64,000 nucleotides of DNA from an uncultured Candidatus Saccharibacteria bacterium (GTDB lineage: Bacteria > Patescibacteriota > Minisyncoccia > UBA6257 > GWB1-50-10): NCBI GenBank assembly GCA_964365955.1, contig CAYISA010000005.1:751-64750 (forward strand), in the 5' to 3' direction. Numbering within the stretch: position 1 is the first letter of the stretch; each line of letters begins with the position of its first letter. Shown here piece after piece: positions 9,092 to 18,130 of this stretch. The notes under the pieces were generated by a model. That model was not told the DNA's origin, did not search any database, and saw only the letters and a list, made by a program, of their open reading frames with translations. A program made the translations under genes and the position numbers.

Positions 9092-9934
9092 TCATTGCCT
9101 TTCGAATTTGTAATAACCGCAATTAAAACAGAAAGGGGACTCGTCGATGGTCAGCGCATCAGTGCCGCACATCTTCATTTTTCCATACAAATCGTACTCG
9201 CCTTCCTGTCGAATCAGAACAATAAGAAGTGTATCTTTTACCGCAGGCGGGAGGGATTCCCTTAAAATCCGATAGGTTCCGCTCCGAAAGAGCGTGTCAC
9301 TCCGAAAACGAAAAAAAATCCCCCGACTTTCGAAGGTCCACGTTTCTCTATAACCGACCATTGCGGGCGATGTCGTTCCATCGAACGGATTGTATGACTC
9401 CGCCCATTCCCAAGATCCATGGAGCGAACGTTTCGCTTGTGCCATGGAAGGAGTTGGCTTGATTCTCCCGTACACCGAGTATCCCACATCCGAAGAAAAA
9501 TAAGGATTTAAAACCATGGTGTCTTGACATGGAAATTGAACCTCGAATTTTGTTTCCCATATCCAGCCGGAAATTCTGCCATAGAACTCTATCATCTGTA
9601 CGGGATAAAAAGATGCGAACGGCGTCCGACCCAAGGAAACGCGGAAGTGGCCTTCTCCCCAAAGGGTGTCGTTTATATACACCGCAAATGTTGAATCAGG
9701 TTTAAACCAAAATGTTCGCGTATATCCCGCTTTCTCCGGAGTCCATCTTCCACCCATTCCTCCGTTTGATTCTGTCCAATACCATCGTCCGACAATTCCA
9801 TGTGGATCGTCAATAAAAACAGGCGGGGCATTGGGAGATATCTGCACGATATCTTCCTTACAACCCAAGAAATGAAACTGGGCCAAAAAGACCGCCATGA
9901 GCAAAAAAATCCACCATGCTGACCTTGCATTCAT
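9092..9934 (-). CDS. Hypothetical lipoprotein (signal peptide plus lipobox FLGC).
   Basis: N-terminal hydrophobic signal followed by L-x-G-C. Trp/Tyr-rich; no family recognised. Confidence 0.55.
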   Translation of the reverse strand: MNARSAWWIFLLMAVFLAQFHFLGCKEDIVQISPNAPPVFIDDPHGIVGRWYWTESNGGMGGRWTPEKAGYTRTFWFKPDSTFAVYINDTLWGEGHFRVSLGRTPFASFYPVQMIEFYGRISGWIWETKFEVQFPCQDTMVLNPYFSSDVGYSVYGRIKPTPSMAQAKRSLHGSWEWAESYNPFDGTTSPAMVGYRETWTFESRGIFFRFRSDTLFRSGTYRILRESLPPAVKDTLLIVLIRQEGEYDLYGKMKMCGTDALTIDESPFCFNCGYYKFERQ

Positions 9935-10078
9935 GATTTCTTCCTTTCGTCGATTTTAAAAATGCTGAATTCAGTATTCTTAAATCCAACGGATAAATCA
10001 AGAGCGTTTTGACATCCCTCCTTCCGCCTGTTACAACCAATACAGTATCTTTCAAACCACACGAGAGGAAACAGAGAT

Positions 10079-10747
10079 ATGCCTATAAACCTGATCGAGG
10101 TGGAAGTGACGCAACTGATAGAGGGAACAGCGGCTGGGAATAAGAAAGTTCTGGGTTTAGTGCTTGCAGAGAAAGACGGTCCAAGAATACTAACCATAGA
10201 ACTAGAGGCGTCCGATGCGCTCATGCTGACCACGCTCACCGAAAAAGTGAAGCTAGAGGATCCTCCTCTCCCGTGGGTAGTTGTGAACATGCTTCGCGTG
10301 CTTGGAGCAGAAGTCATCTGCGTGACGATCGCGAAAACGAAAGAAAAAATACTGCGGGCATTGATGAAACTGAACGGAAAAGACTCGATTCTGATACGGC
10401 CTCCGGACGCAATTGCAATGATAACGGACGCTTCAATCCTCGTCGCAGAGGAACTTTTGATGAACCCCACGGATAAGCAGCTCGCAAAACGGGAAACGCG
10501 CGAAGAAAAAAAGGCACGTGAAGCAGTAGCCGTGGAAAACGCGAAGAAGAACGAACGGCTGAAAGCGGAAATCGAGCAATTAGACAAGGCCATTGATAAG
10601 GCGCTTACCGCGCAAGATTTCCACAAAGTCGCGGAACTTCAAAAGGAGTTGCACATTAAACGTCTTCTGCTCGGAGATATTGCAAGACCCATTGATCCCG
10701 GCATCATCGCGCTATTAGACGAAAATGAACTGTCGCCCATTTTGTAA
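10079..10747 (+). CDS. Bifunctional-nuclease (BFN)-domain protein with a C-terminal UVR motif.
   Basis: N-terminal ~130 aa resemble the BFN/DUF151 fold. The C-terminal LTAQDFHKVAELQKELHIKRLL resembles the UvrB/UvrC interaction (UVR) domain. A GAGGAAACAGAG RBS precedes it. Confidence 0.65.
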   Translation: MPINLIEVEVTQLIEGTAAGNKKVLGLVLAEKDGPRILTIELEASDALMLTTLTEKVKLEDPPLPWVVVNMLRVLGAEVICVTIAKTKEKILRALMKLNGKDSILIRPPDAIAMITDASILVAEELLMNPTDKQLAKRETREEKKAREAVAVENAKKNERLKAEIEQLDKAIDKALTAQDFHKVAELQKELHIKRLLLGDIARPIDPGIIALLDENELSPIL

Positions 10748-10756
10748 TAGTGATCT

Positions 10757-10788
10757 CTCCCCGCTCGTTTTTGGGCGGGGATCTTTTA
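10757..10788 (+). terminator. Rho-independent terminator.
   Basis: ccccgc-tcgtttttgg-gcgggg hairpin followed by a T-run. Confidence 0.5.
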
Positions 10789-10854
10789 TCGCTTTACATT
10801 TTTTGACCTCATTGTTATGATGGCTCCATCCAACAATACAGAGTAAATAATCAA

Positions 10855-11331
10855 ATTAGCGCCCCGGAACTGCGCCTGATTGGGGAGACAGGTGAAAATA
10901 TCGGCGTCGTGTCGCGACAGGAAGCGCTCCGACTGGCTGCCGAAAAAAGCCTTGATCTGATCGAAATCGCCCCTACCGCCAAACCGCCGGTTGCCCGCAT
11001 CATCAGCTTCGACAAATTCCGCTATCAGAAAGAGAAAGAAGAGAAAAAACAGCGTGTGGCACAAAAGGTGAAGGAAATGAAGCAGATTCGGATTACCGCC
11101 CGAGCCGCCGCAAACGATCTGCAAATTCGGGTAACGCAAGCGGAAAAGTTTCTTGCGGATGGACATAAGATAGAGATCAATTTATTCTTGCGGGGACGTG
11201 AAAAGGCGAATAAGGATTGGGCACTCAAGAAAATGAAAGAGTTTTTGGCTCTTATCCAGATCCCCCACACCGTCACCTTGCCACCCAAACAGGGGGGGCG
11301 CGGATTCGTAGCTCAAATCACAAAAAAATAA
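10855..11331 (+). CDS. infC: Translation initiation factor IF-3 with a non-AUG start.
   Basis: The conserved IF3 N-terminus ISAPELRLIGETGENIGV is encoded upstream of the first in-frame GTG (10909). The only in-frame start candidates there are ATT 10855 and ATC 10828. E. coli infC is known to start with AUU. The coordinates assume ATT. Confidence 0.85.
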   Translation: MSAPELRLIGETGENIGVVSRQEALRLAAEKSLDLIEIAPTAKPPVARIISFDKFRYQKEKEEKKQRVAQKVKEMKQIRITARAAANDLQIRVTQAEKFLADGHKIEINLFLRGREKANKDWALKKMKEFLALIQIPHTVTLPPKQGGRGFVAQITKK

Positions 11332-11336
11332 TTCGT

Positions 11337-11510
11337 ATGAACAAAAGCATCAAAAAAAGGATCACGATTACTTCCACGGGGAAAATCCGCCGGCGCGCGA
11401 TGGCGCTCGGGCACTCGCGCACCAATAAAAACAGTCGGCAAATGCAGAGAAAAAAGAACACGCGCGGGATCGATATTACGTCGCGCGTGATCACAAAACA
11501 TTTCAGATAA
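11337..11510 (+). CDS. rpmI: 50S ribosomal protein L35.
   Basis: 57 aa, very basic (MNKSIKKRITITSTGKIRRR...). Canonical infC-rpmI-rplT order. Confidence 0.85.
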   Translation: MNKSIKKRITITSTGKIRRRAMALGHSRTNKNSRQMQRKKNTRGIDITSRVITKHFR

Positions 11511-11513
11511 CCC

Positions 11514-11858
11514 ATGACACGCATCAAACGCGGAAAAACCGCGAATAAAAAACGCGCGAAGCTTTTAAAATACGCCAAAGGGTTCCGTTGGGGACGCAAA
11601 TCCAAAGAGCGTTTGGCGAACGAAGCGCTTCTCCACGCGTGGAGTCGCCAGTTTAAAGGGCGCAAAGAAAAAAAGCGCGTCTATCGTTCGCTCTGGACCA
11701 CGCAGATCAATGCCGCAGTCCGGATGGAAGGGACCACCTACAGCAGGCTCATTGCGATGCTTAAGAAAAAGAATGTGAAGCTGGACCGGAAAATCCTTGC
11801 GGATATCGCAAACGAGCATCCGGCGGTGTTCAAGAAGATTGCGGAATCGATGAAATAG
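11514..11858 (+). CDS. rplT: 50S ribosomal protein L20.
   Basis: MTRIKRGKTANKKRAKLLKYAKGF...LWTTQINAAVR...KKNVKLDRKILADIA matches L20. Confidence 0.92.
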   Translation: MTRIKRGKTANKKRAKLLKYAKGFRWGRKSKERLANEALLHAWSRQFKGRKEKKRVYRSLWTTQINAAVRMEGTTYSRLIAMLKKKNVKLDRKILADIANEHPAVFKKIAESMK

Positions 11859-11862
11859 GTCA

Positions 11863-11892
11863 AGTCCCCACTTAAAAACGGGGATTTTTGTT
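11863..11892 (+). terminator. Rho-independent terminator after rplT.
   Basis: tcccc-acttaaaaac-gggga followed by TTTTTGTT. Confidence 0.5.
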
Positions 11893-12069
11893 GTGGATAA
11901 CTTTTGTTGCAGAGGAGATCGGGCGTGATATAGTAAATGCGTTAGGGGCCACTTTGATCTCGATCTTATTAACCCCTGACGGAAACAGCTCTTTGTAATA
12001 ATTTCGGAAACCAGCGCGTACAAACGCGCACATTCGACCCTCCCATTGCTAATGCGGAGGGTCAACTAT

Positions 12070-12369
12070 TTATCCCAAACCGAATTTCAACAGATCAATG
12101 CGTTTATTTTTGATACTCACCCCTTCTCTCCGAAGGAGTTTTTCTTTTTTCCCCGCCCCGCCGGCAAACCCTCCCAGTCGTCCGTCGGAACAAACCACGC
12201 GGTGACACGGAACGTGCGGAGCATACGGATTCTTGTGGAGCGCGTTCCCGACTGCCCGGACGGATCCTGGATTATTTATTTTGCGGGCGATCCACTGGTA
12301 CGTGGCGACTTTCCCGCGGGGGATTTTTTTCGCCGCTCGGTAGACTTTTTCGTTGAAGGATAACATCAT
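12070..12369 (-). CDS. Methylated-DNA-protein-cysteine methyltransferase (MGMT) DNA-binding/active-site domain protein (99 aa).
   Basis: HTH region VYRAAKKIPRGKVATYQWIA and the active-site PCHRVV motif. Confidence 0.75.
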   Translation of the reverse strand: MMLSFNEKVYRAAKKIPRGKVATYQWIARKINNPGSVRAVGNALHKNPYAPHVPCHRVVCSDGRLGGFAGGAGKKEKLLRREGVSIKNKRIDLLKFGLG

Positions 12370-12790
12370 GGGCGCGTTTTAAAATACTTCGCAGATTCCT
12401 ATGCATCAGAACCCGCAGGGCTTCCGGATAGGTAAACCAACCGTATCCATATGCGCGTTCTCCTTGTTTTTCTTCATCCACTTCCTGAAGCCGCACGCGC
12501 GTGGTCGCGGTTTCCGCCAGATAATAGGTCACGGTTTTGAAGATTTTTTGCTTGTCGCGCGTGAATACAAAATGATCCTGAATGCGAAACCAGTCTTTGA
12601 ATCGAAGGTCGCGCTCGCTGATTCCGGTCTCTTCCCACACCTCGCGAAGCGCCGCGCGAAAACTTTTTTCGCCTTCGGAGAGCTTCCCTTTGGGGAAATT
12701 CCAATACCGCCCTCCGTGATAGAGGACTAAAAACCGAGGACCTTCTTTTGTCTTTCGATAGATGATGATGCCAGCAGAGACCTCTTTCAT
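12272..12790 (-). CDS. NUDIX hydrolase.
   Basis: Nudix box GKLSEGEKSFRAALREVWEETGI. The unconserved 33-aa C-terminal tail overlaps the MGMT gene by 98 nt in another frame. Confidence 0.8.
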   Translation of the reverse strand: MKEVSAGIIIYRKTKEGPRFLVLYHGGRYWNFPKGKLSEGEKSFRAALREVWEETGISERDLRFKDWFRIQDHFVFTRDKQKIFKTVTYYLAETATTRVRLQEVDEEKQGERAYGYGWFTYPEALRVLMHRNLRSILKRAHDVILQRKSLPSGEKNPPRESRHVPVDRPQNK

Positions 12791-13479
12791 ACAGAGTTTT
12801 CCCCGAAATCGTCGAGGATGTTCTTAACTTCTTTTGCAACCGTTGACCACGCAATACGGCCGCGCTCAAACATTCGTACCGATCGGTCCTCTTCGGACAC
12901 GGTAATGATCGTCGTCCCTTTGAGTATATACGAAGCCGCAATGCCGGCCAAATGTCGCGTATGAACTTTTTTCTCGAATCCGAATGCCGCCGAAAGATCT
13001 TCAACGTTCCCACCGCACATTTCTTGCGCTACTTTTTTTGGCTTCATATTTTCCAGATAAACACCGCTTGCAAAAACAATTCCTTCACGGCTTATCAGAA
13101 TTGCCCCGTCAAAATCCGTGGTGCGTTTCAAAGACCCCACGCATTCCTTAAACGAGTGGTCGCTCACATTAAAATGCCGCGTTTTGAACAGATTTTGGTC
13201 CGCATCCGCTACCGCCGCATGATTCCGGTCCCATTTTCTACGCCAACCAACCACCATAATCATTCCGAACGGTTTCCGCGCGTGCGCCTGGAGTTCCAAT
13301 ACGGTTTTGTAGACTTTTAGTTTCAGTTCCGGATCAACGCCCCCCGGAAGCGCGGAAAGCGCGCGTTCCAAATACGTCTTCTCTTTTTCAGTAAATCTCG
13401 GATACGCATGAATCCTTTGGTCTAGCGAAAGATTTTTAATCATAGGCATAACGACTCTCAATAAGTAATACGCGCGCAA
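12787..13479 (-). CDS. Diadenylate cyclase (DAC) domain protein, soluble.
   Basis: DGAILISREGIVFASG and GTRHLAGIAAS...TIITVSEEDRSV resemble the DAC/DisA_N motifs (DGA, RHR). No TM segments. ATGA overlap with the NUDIX start. Confidence 0.65.
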   Translation of the reverse strand: MRAYYLLRVVMPMIKNLSLDQRIHAYPRFTEKEKTYLERALSALPGGVDPELKLKVYKTVLELQAHARKPFGMIMVVGWRRKWDRNHAAVADADQNLFKTRHFNVSDHSFKECVGSLKRTTDFDGAILISREGIVFASGVYLENMKPKKVAQEMCGGNVEDLSAAFGFEKKVHTRHLAGIAASYILKGTTIITVSEEDRSVRMFERGRIAWSTVAKEVKNILDDFGENSV

Positions 13480-13495
13480 GGACCGAAATGTGTCA

Positions 13496-14125
13496 TTATT
13501 TTATATGTCGTTCGGGAAATATTCGTTTTTGTCCGTCCTCTTGATGTCTTATCTCATGGCGGAGAGGGAGCTGAAGAAGCGCCGCGCCTACCGCAATCAC
13601 GGACGCAATCACAAAGAGCACCTGAAATCCGAATGCGTCAACAATATAACCTCCAACTGCGGCAGAGATTGCCACGGGAATTCCAAAAGAAAACACGCTC
13701 TGCAAACTCCATTCAAAACTTATTCGCCACTCATCTACATGACGCGTAAAAATGGCGTACCAACTCGGCACCGCTAACGCCATGGCAAATCCATAAATAC
13801 CCTGTACGACGTAGAGATGCCAGGGTTTCGTTACGAAAAGATACCCAAGAGGAACAAGGGCGCTGATTATGTAGCCACAAAACATGGTCCAAAAGTCATC
13901 CTTCTCTCCTTTTGTTTTGTCTAAAAAGCGCGCGACAGGAAGTTGAACAATCGATTTTACAATCCAAAAAACCGCGGTTGCCATACCTACAACACTTGCG
14001 GAACCATCCGTAATCTGTCTTGTTATAAAAATTGCGAAAATCGGAGCAAATGTTCCTAATGCCGAATTGAAGAAAAAATCCACAAAGATAAGCCGTTTGA
14101 TGATGGTATTAATATTTTGAAACAT
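13496..14125 (-). CDS. Six-TM membrane protein, MFS-half-like.
   Basis: About six hydrophobic helices and a loop VARFLDKTKGEK resembling the MFS 2-3 loop. Start codon abuts the Clp stop (TAAATG). Confidence 0.45.
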   Translation of the reverse strand: MFQNINTIIKRLIFVDFFFNSALGTFAPIFAIFITRQITDGSASVVGMATAVFWIVKSIVQLPVARFLDKTKGEKDDFWTMFCGYIISALVPLGYLFVTKPWHLYVVQGIYGFAMALAVPSWYAIFTRHVDEWRISFEWSLQSVFSFGIPVAISAAVGGYIVDAFGFQVLFVIASVIAVGAALLQLPLRHEIRHQEDGQKRIFPERHIK

Positions 14126-16633
14126 TTAGGCGGTGGTCTTAAAATCAAATTTCTCTCCGTCGTGGACGAGCGATAGTATATTTCCGCGCGCAATTTCTTT
14201 CCGCAGAATCTTGTCCGCAAGGGTGCTGCGCACATTTTCGGAAATCGCGTTCCGAAGCGGGCGTGCACCGAAAACGGGGCTGTATCCTACCTCCGCGATC
14301 TTCGAAAGCGCACTATCCTCCACCCGCAGTTCTACGCCTTGGGTTTCCATGAGTGTGTCCGCAATTTCCTTGATCATAAATGCCGTCACTTTTTTGATTT
14401 CCGCTATGTTCAAGCTGCGGAACACGATAATGTCCGAAAAACGATTGATAAGCTCCGGCTTGAAATACGTGGTGAGTTTTTTCTTAAGCTCGCCCGCAAT
14501 ACTTTCGCTGGTGTTTCCTTTTTCGATCTCTTCCTTAATAAAGTCGGAGTGCGCGTTCGACGTCGCAATAATAATCGTATTTTCAAAACTCACCGTACGC
14601 CCCAGACTGTCGGTTAATCTCCCGTCGTCAAACACCTGTAAAAATATGTTTAAGAGGTCGGGATTCGATTTTTCGAATTCGTCGAGCAGAACCAAACTGA
14701 ACGGTTTTTCAAATACCGCATCAGTCAGGGTTCCGCTACGGCTTCCGTCCGGATTTCCGATCAGGCGAAAAATGCTTTGTTTGTCTTGATATTCCGACAT
14801 ATCGAACCGCGATAGGGCGTCTTTTGACCCGAACTGCGTCTGCGCCAAAATCTTCGCAAGCTCCGTTTTCCCCACACCTGTGGGTCCCACAAAAAGAAAA
14901 ATGGCGATGGGGCCTCCTTTGCGCGCCAACCCGCTTCGGTACTCCCGAAGCGCGCGTGCCACCGCCTTGACCGCGGCTTCTTGGTTCACTAATTTGGCGT
15001 GGATCGTCGCCTCCAGATTCAGAAGTTTTTCCGCTTCCGCGCCGTGCGCCTGCTCAATCGGAATTTTACTCTGCCGTTCCGCGACCTCCACAACCGCGGA
15101 CTCATCCACGATCTTTTTGCCGTCCTGCGACACACTCGCAAGCGCCTGTTTCAGAAGGTCGGACGCGCTTCCCGGAAGCGGCTTCTGCCGAAAATAGCGA
15201 TGCGCCACTTCCACGGCTTTTTTGAGAGCCCGAAACGTCACCATGACCTTAAATTCCCGCTCCAAAATCATACTGTCGTAGATTAGAAAACGAAGCGCAT
15301 CTGCCTCCGAGATTTCTTCAATCGTAACCCGCTCGAACTGATCCAAGAAATCCGTCCGCGGCTCTATCCATTGCTTGCACTCGCGCGGAAACGTCTCACC
15401 GACCACGGGAATTTGTGCGTTTTTGATGATGGGGAGAAAAATATCGATGGCGTTCATGGAGTTCGCATCGGAAGTACGGAATAAATCATGAATATTGGGA
15501 ACGTGGAGAACGATATTCCCCGCTTTGATGATTTCATCCGCCACTTTTTGAAGGCGTCCAGACAAAACTTCACGCGGCGCGTTTGCCAGCAGTTCGGAAA
15601 GATCGAGCGACACAAGCCGTTTGTCGTACAAAACCGGCGGCACCTTGTCTTTGGTCATCTGAAACGCCAGATGCGCAATCAAAGTGGATTTTCCCGATCC
15701 GGGCTCTCCGATCAACAGCACATTCGGTTTTCCCGGGCGAGAAATAATCTGAACCAAATGGTTGTACTCCGCCTGATGGCCGATCAAAAAACCCGACTTT
15801 TCCGCTCGCGCAAGATCGGTATAGTCGGTGCCGTACTCGTCGAGCATCGGGGTAGGGCGCGACGTCCAGGCGCGGTTCATAATACGGTGCCGCGGAGCCC
15901 CCAGCTGATTGGCAAACCCGCCGATTGCCGCCGGAATCCGCCGCAAGCCGCTTCTCATTTTTCTCCAACGCCCGAAAATCACTGTCTCGCCCAAATCCGC
16001 GGTTTCAATGCTGAACAACGCGAACAGTTTCGCGACCGACGGGTCTTTTACCGCTGCGAGCCCCACCAAAACATTCCGTGTTTCGATAAACCGCTCATTC
16101 GTATTTTTCGCGTTTTGATACGCCTCCCGTACAATTTCTCCGATCCGCTCCAGATACGCCTCCCGCGTAATTCCCTCTTTTGTTTCCCCGCTTTGAGAAA
16201 GAGATTCTTCTACTTTTGTGAGAAACGCCTTGGGGTCGGTATCGAGCCGCCGGAGCGCTTCCTGCGCATCGGGACGCGCACACATTTCGCGGAGCAACAG
16301 AAGATGAAAATCCTGCTTGGTGATCAGTGCGCGCCGGAACGTCCGCCGCACGATATGAAATGCGTCGGATGTCATGGCCTCTATAAGATTCGCGTTTTCT
16401 TCGCGTTCCAGTTCGTACAATTTTTTTTCTCCCTGCTTCGCGTGCAAAAGCCGGTCCAAAAGAAACAGCGCGAAAAGAATTCCCGCGTAGAGAAGGCGGC
16501 TGTTTCCGGAAAAAAGAAACAGTGCGGTCGCAACGCTCAAAAAAGCGTACCACACCGCAACCACCAGCCGTACAAAAAACTCCACCGGTCCCGGAAAATC
16601 AAAGCGCGGATCTTTTATATAAACGGTTTTCAT
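14126..16633 (-). CDS. Clp-family two-AAA+ ATPase (ClpA/B/C-like) with a hydrophobic N-terminal anchor.
   Basis: D1 Walker A LLIGEPGSGKST and D2 Walker A FLFVGPTGVGKTELAK. The N-terminal 65 aa form two hydrophobic helices. Confidence 0.85.
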   Translation of the reverse strand: MKTVYIKDPRFDFPGPVEFFVRLVVAVWYAFLSVATALFLFSGNSRLLYAGILFALFLLDRLLHAKQGEKKLYELEREENANLIEAMTSDAFHIVRRTFRRALITKQDFHLLLLREMCARPDAQEALRRLDTDPKAFLTKVEESLSQSGETKEGITREAYLERIGEIVREAYQNAKNTNERFIETRNVLVGLAAVKDPSVAKLFALFSIETADLGETVIFGRWRKMRSGLRRIPAAIGGFANQLGAPRHRIMNRAWTSRPTPMLDEYGTDYTDLARAEKSGFLIGHQAEYNHLVQIISRPGKPNVLLIGEPGSGKSTLIAHLAFQMTKDKVPPVLYDKRLVSLDLSELLANAPREVLSGRLQKVADEIIKAGNIVLHVPNIHDLFRTSDANSMNAIDIFLPIIKNAQIPVVGETFPRECKQWIEPRTDFLDQFERVTIEEISEADALRFLIYDSMILEREFKVMVTFRALKKAVEVAHRYFRQKPLPGSASDLLKQALASVSQDGKKIVDESAVVEVAERQSKIPIEQAHGAEAEKLLNLEATIHAKLVNQEAAVKAVARALREYRSGLARKGGPIAIFLFVGPTGVGKTELAKILAQTQFGSKDALSRFDMSEYQDKQSIFRLIGNPDGSRSGTLTDAVFEKPFSLVLLDEFEKSNPDLLNIFLQVFDDGRLTDSLGRTVSFENTIIIATSNAHSDFIKEEIEKGNTSESIAGELKKKLTTYFKPELINRFSDIIVFRSLNIAEIKKVTAFMIKEIADTLMETQGVELRVEDSALSKIAEVGYSPVFGARPLRNAISENVRSTLADKILRKEIARGNILSLVHDGEKFDFKTTA

Positions 16634-16641
16634 CTGGGTGG

Positions 16642-16992
16642 TTAAAATAAGATTTTGAAAACAAGGTACAGCGGGATCAAAAGCCAGATTACATAAACAC
16701 AGACGATAATTGCGAAAAGAACGCTGTACACAATGGTCCCCACCAGAAGCCGCGCAGTGCGGAAAATGATACCAAGTAAACGCCCTAGAATGGAATAATC
16801 TTTATAAAGCGGCTCAAAAAAATGACGCGCTGTTTCGCGCCACGCAAGATAATAATCGACTTCTTCCAGACGATCCACCACCCAACCCGAGTACATTTTA
16901 AAACCGCGCACATACCAATGACGCAAAAACTCCCCGATATGATAGAGAAAGTGGCTGATTAGATAGGGAATGACACGGAGCATTTGTATCAT
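16642..16992 (-). CDS. Hypothetical membrane protein.
   Basis: ORF with a hydrophobic C-terminus. Start taken at MIQM, after an AAGAGG RBS. Confidence 0.4.
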   Translation of the reverse strand: MIQMLRVIPYLISHFLYHIGEFLRHWYVRGFKMYSGWVVDRLEEVDYYLAWRETARHFFEPLYKDYSILGRLLGIIFRTARLLVGTIVYSVLFAIIVCVYVIWLLIPLYLVFKILF

Positions 16993-17073
16993 TATACCTC
17001 TTTTTGGGGTTTCGGAGAAAAAATGCCCCGTCCGCAAAATGCGAACGGGGACACAAATCATAACACAAGGAAC

Positions 17074-17394
17074 CTAACCCAGAGACGGCAACATCATGTT
17101 TCTTTCTCTCTCTATTCTCTGCTTAAGATTCCTCAAACGAAAATACATGAGTATCATAGCCATAATCCAGAGTACCAACAGCAGCAAACTCAAGGGGATT
17201 TCCTCAGAAAACGACGACTCTCTGTAAAAGGCGAGTAGGCCAAAGATAATCGCGGTTGAAAAGAAAAACATCACCGCGATAGAAAATCCCTTTGTTTTTT
17301 TGTAGCTATTGTTTTTTCTCGTTTCTGCTGCTTTATTTGAAAGACCGAGAAAAATAAATGTGGTGATCATCAACGCGATACTAAGTGGAAACAT
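17074..17394 (-). CDS. Hypothetical three-TM membrane protein.
   Basis: ORF with three hydrophobic segments. Confidence 0.4.
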   Translation of the reverse strand: MFPLSIALMITTFIFLGLSNKAAETRKNNSYKKTKGFSIAVMFFFSTAIIFGLLAFYRESSFSEEIPLSLLLLVLWIMAMILMYFRLRNLKQRIERERNMMLPSLG

Positions 17395-17500
17395 AAGTTC
17401 TCCAAAAAAGTGTATGAAATTGTTAATTCGTACTTTCTGCTATAAGTTTAGCATACTACACACCATTTGTCAATACTGCCAAAAACACTGATTTTACTGC

Positions 17501-18130
17501 CTAAAACAGGTGTTCTTGGTCTGCTTTTGGCACCGGTCTTTCTTCTTTCTCCCCTTTTGCTCCTTTTGCTTTTACTTCCTCAATTTTCTTTATGATGGCG
17601 GGAAGCTTTTTGAAGCATTCTTCGAACTGTTTTAAAACGCCGGTTCCGCGGAGCGCTGCGGCCGGGTGGAACATCGGCGCTACAAACCATCCTCCGGCGC
17701 GAAATACCTTTCCCTGATCTCGACTGATTTTTGCAGTTGGCAAAAAATAATTCATGGAAAATCGCCCGAGTGTCACGATCACTTCCGGATTGATGATATC
17801 AATCTGCCGCGTAAGGTAGGGTTTGTAGCTTTCGATTTCCTCGGGAAGCGGATCGCGATTATTCGGGGGTCGGCGCTTCACAATATTGGTGATGTATACA
17901 TCCGCGCGTTTCCATCCGATACGCTCGATCATCTTGGTAAGAAGCTGTCCCGACCGCCCCACAAACGGACGTTTCAGCTCGTCTTCTTTTTGCCCAGGCG
18001 CTTCGCCGATAAAAAGCACCTTGGCATTGATATCCCCTTCTCCAAAAACTAGATTCGCCTCGCGGAGTGGAAGCGACACATTGGTTTCCATTTCTTCCGC
18101 AAGTTGTCGAAGCGCTTCAGCTTTCTTCAT
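17501..18130 (-). CDS. Uracil-DNA glycosylase, family 4.
   Basis: FIGEAPGQKEDELKRPFVGRSGQLL matches the family-4 UDG motif GEGPG...PFVG.SG.LL. Confidence 0.85.
   Translation of the reverse strand: MKKAEALRQLAEEMETNVSLPLREANLVFGEGDINAKVLFIGEAPGQKEDELKRPFVGRSGQLLTKMIERIGWKRADVYITNIVKRRPPNNRDPLPEEIESYKPYLTRQIDIINPEVIVTLGRFSMNYFLPTAKISRDQGKVFRAGGWFVAPMFHPAAALRGTGVLKQFEECFKKLPAIIKKIEEVKAKGAKGEKEERPVPKADQEHLF

Noticed and set aside
9931-10626. 231-aa Ser-rich ORF on the minus strand.
   Set aside because: It lies entirely antisense to the well-supported BFN/UVR gene (10079-10747). It is low-complexity and has no RBS, so it is a shadow ORF.
15488-16645. 385-aa plus-strand ORF, and other long antisense ORFs (for example 8248-8859, 60019-60762, 60158-60733, 23330-23755).
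   Set aside because: Each lies inside a strongly supported gene on the opposite strand (the Clp ATPase, smpB/tmRNA, pnp, and the interrupted gene). They are Arg/Ser-rich, as is typical of GC-rich antisense frames.
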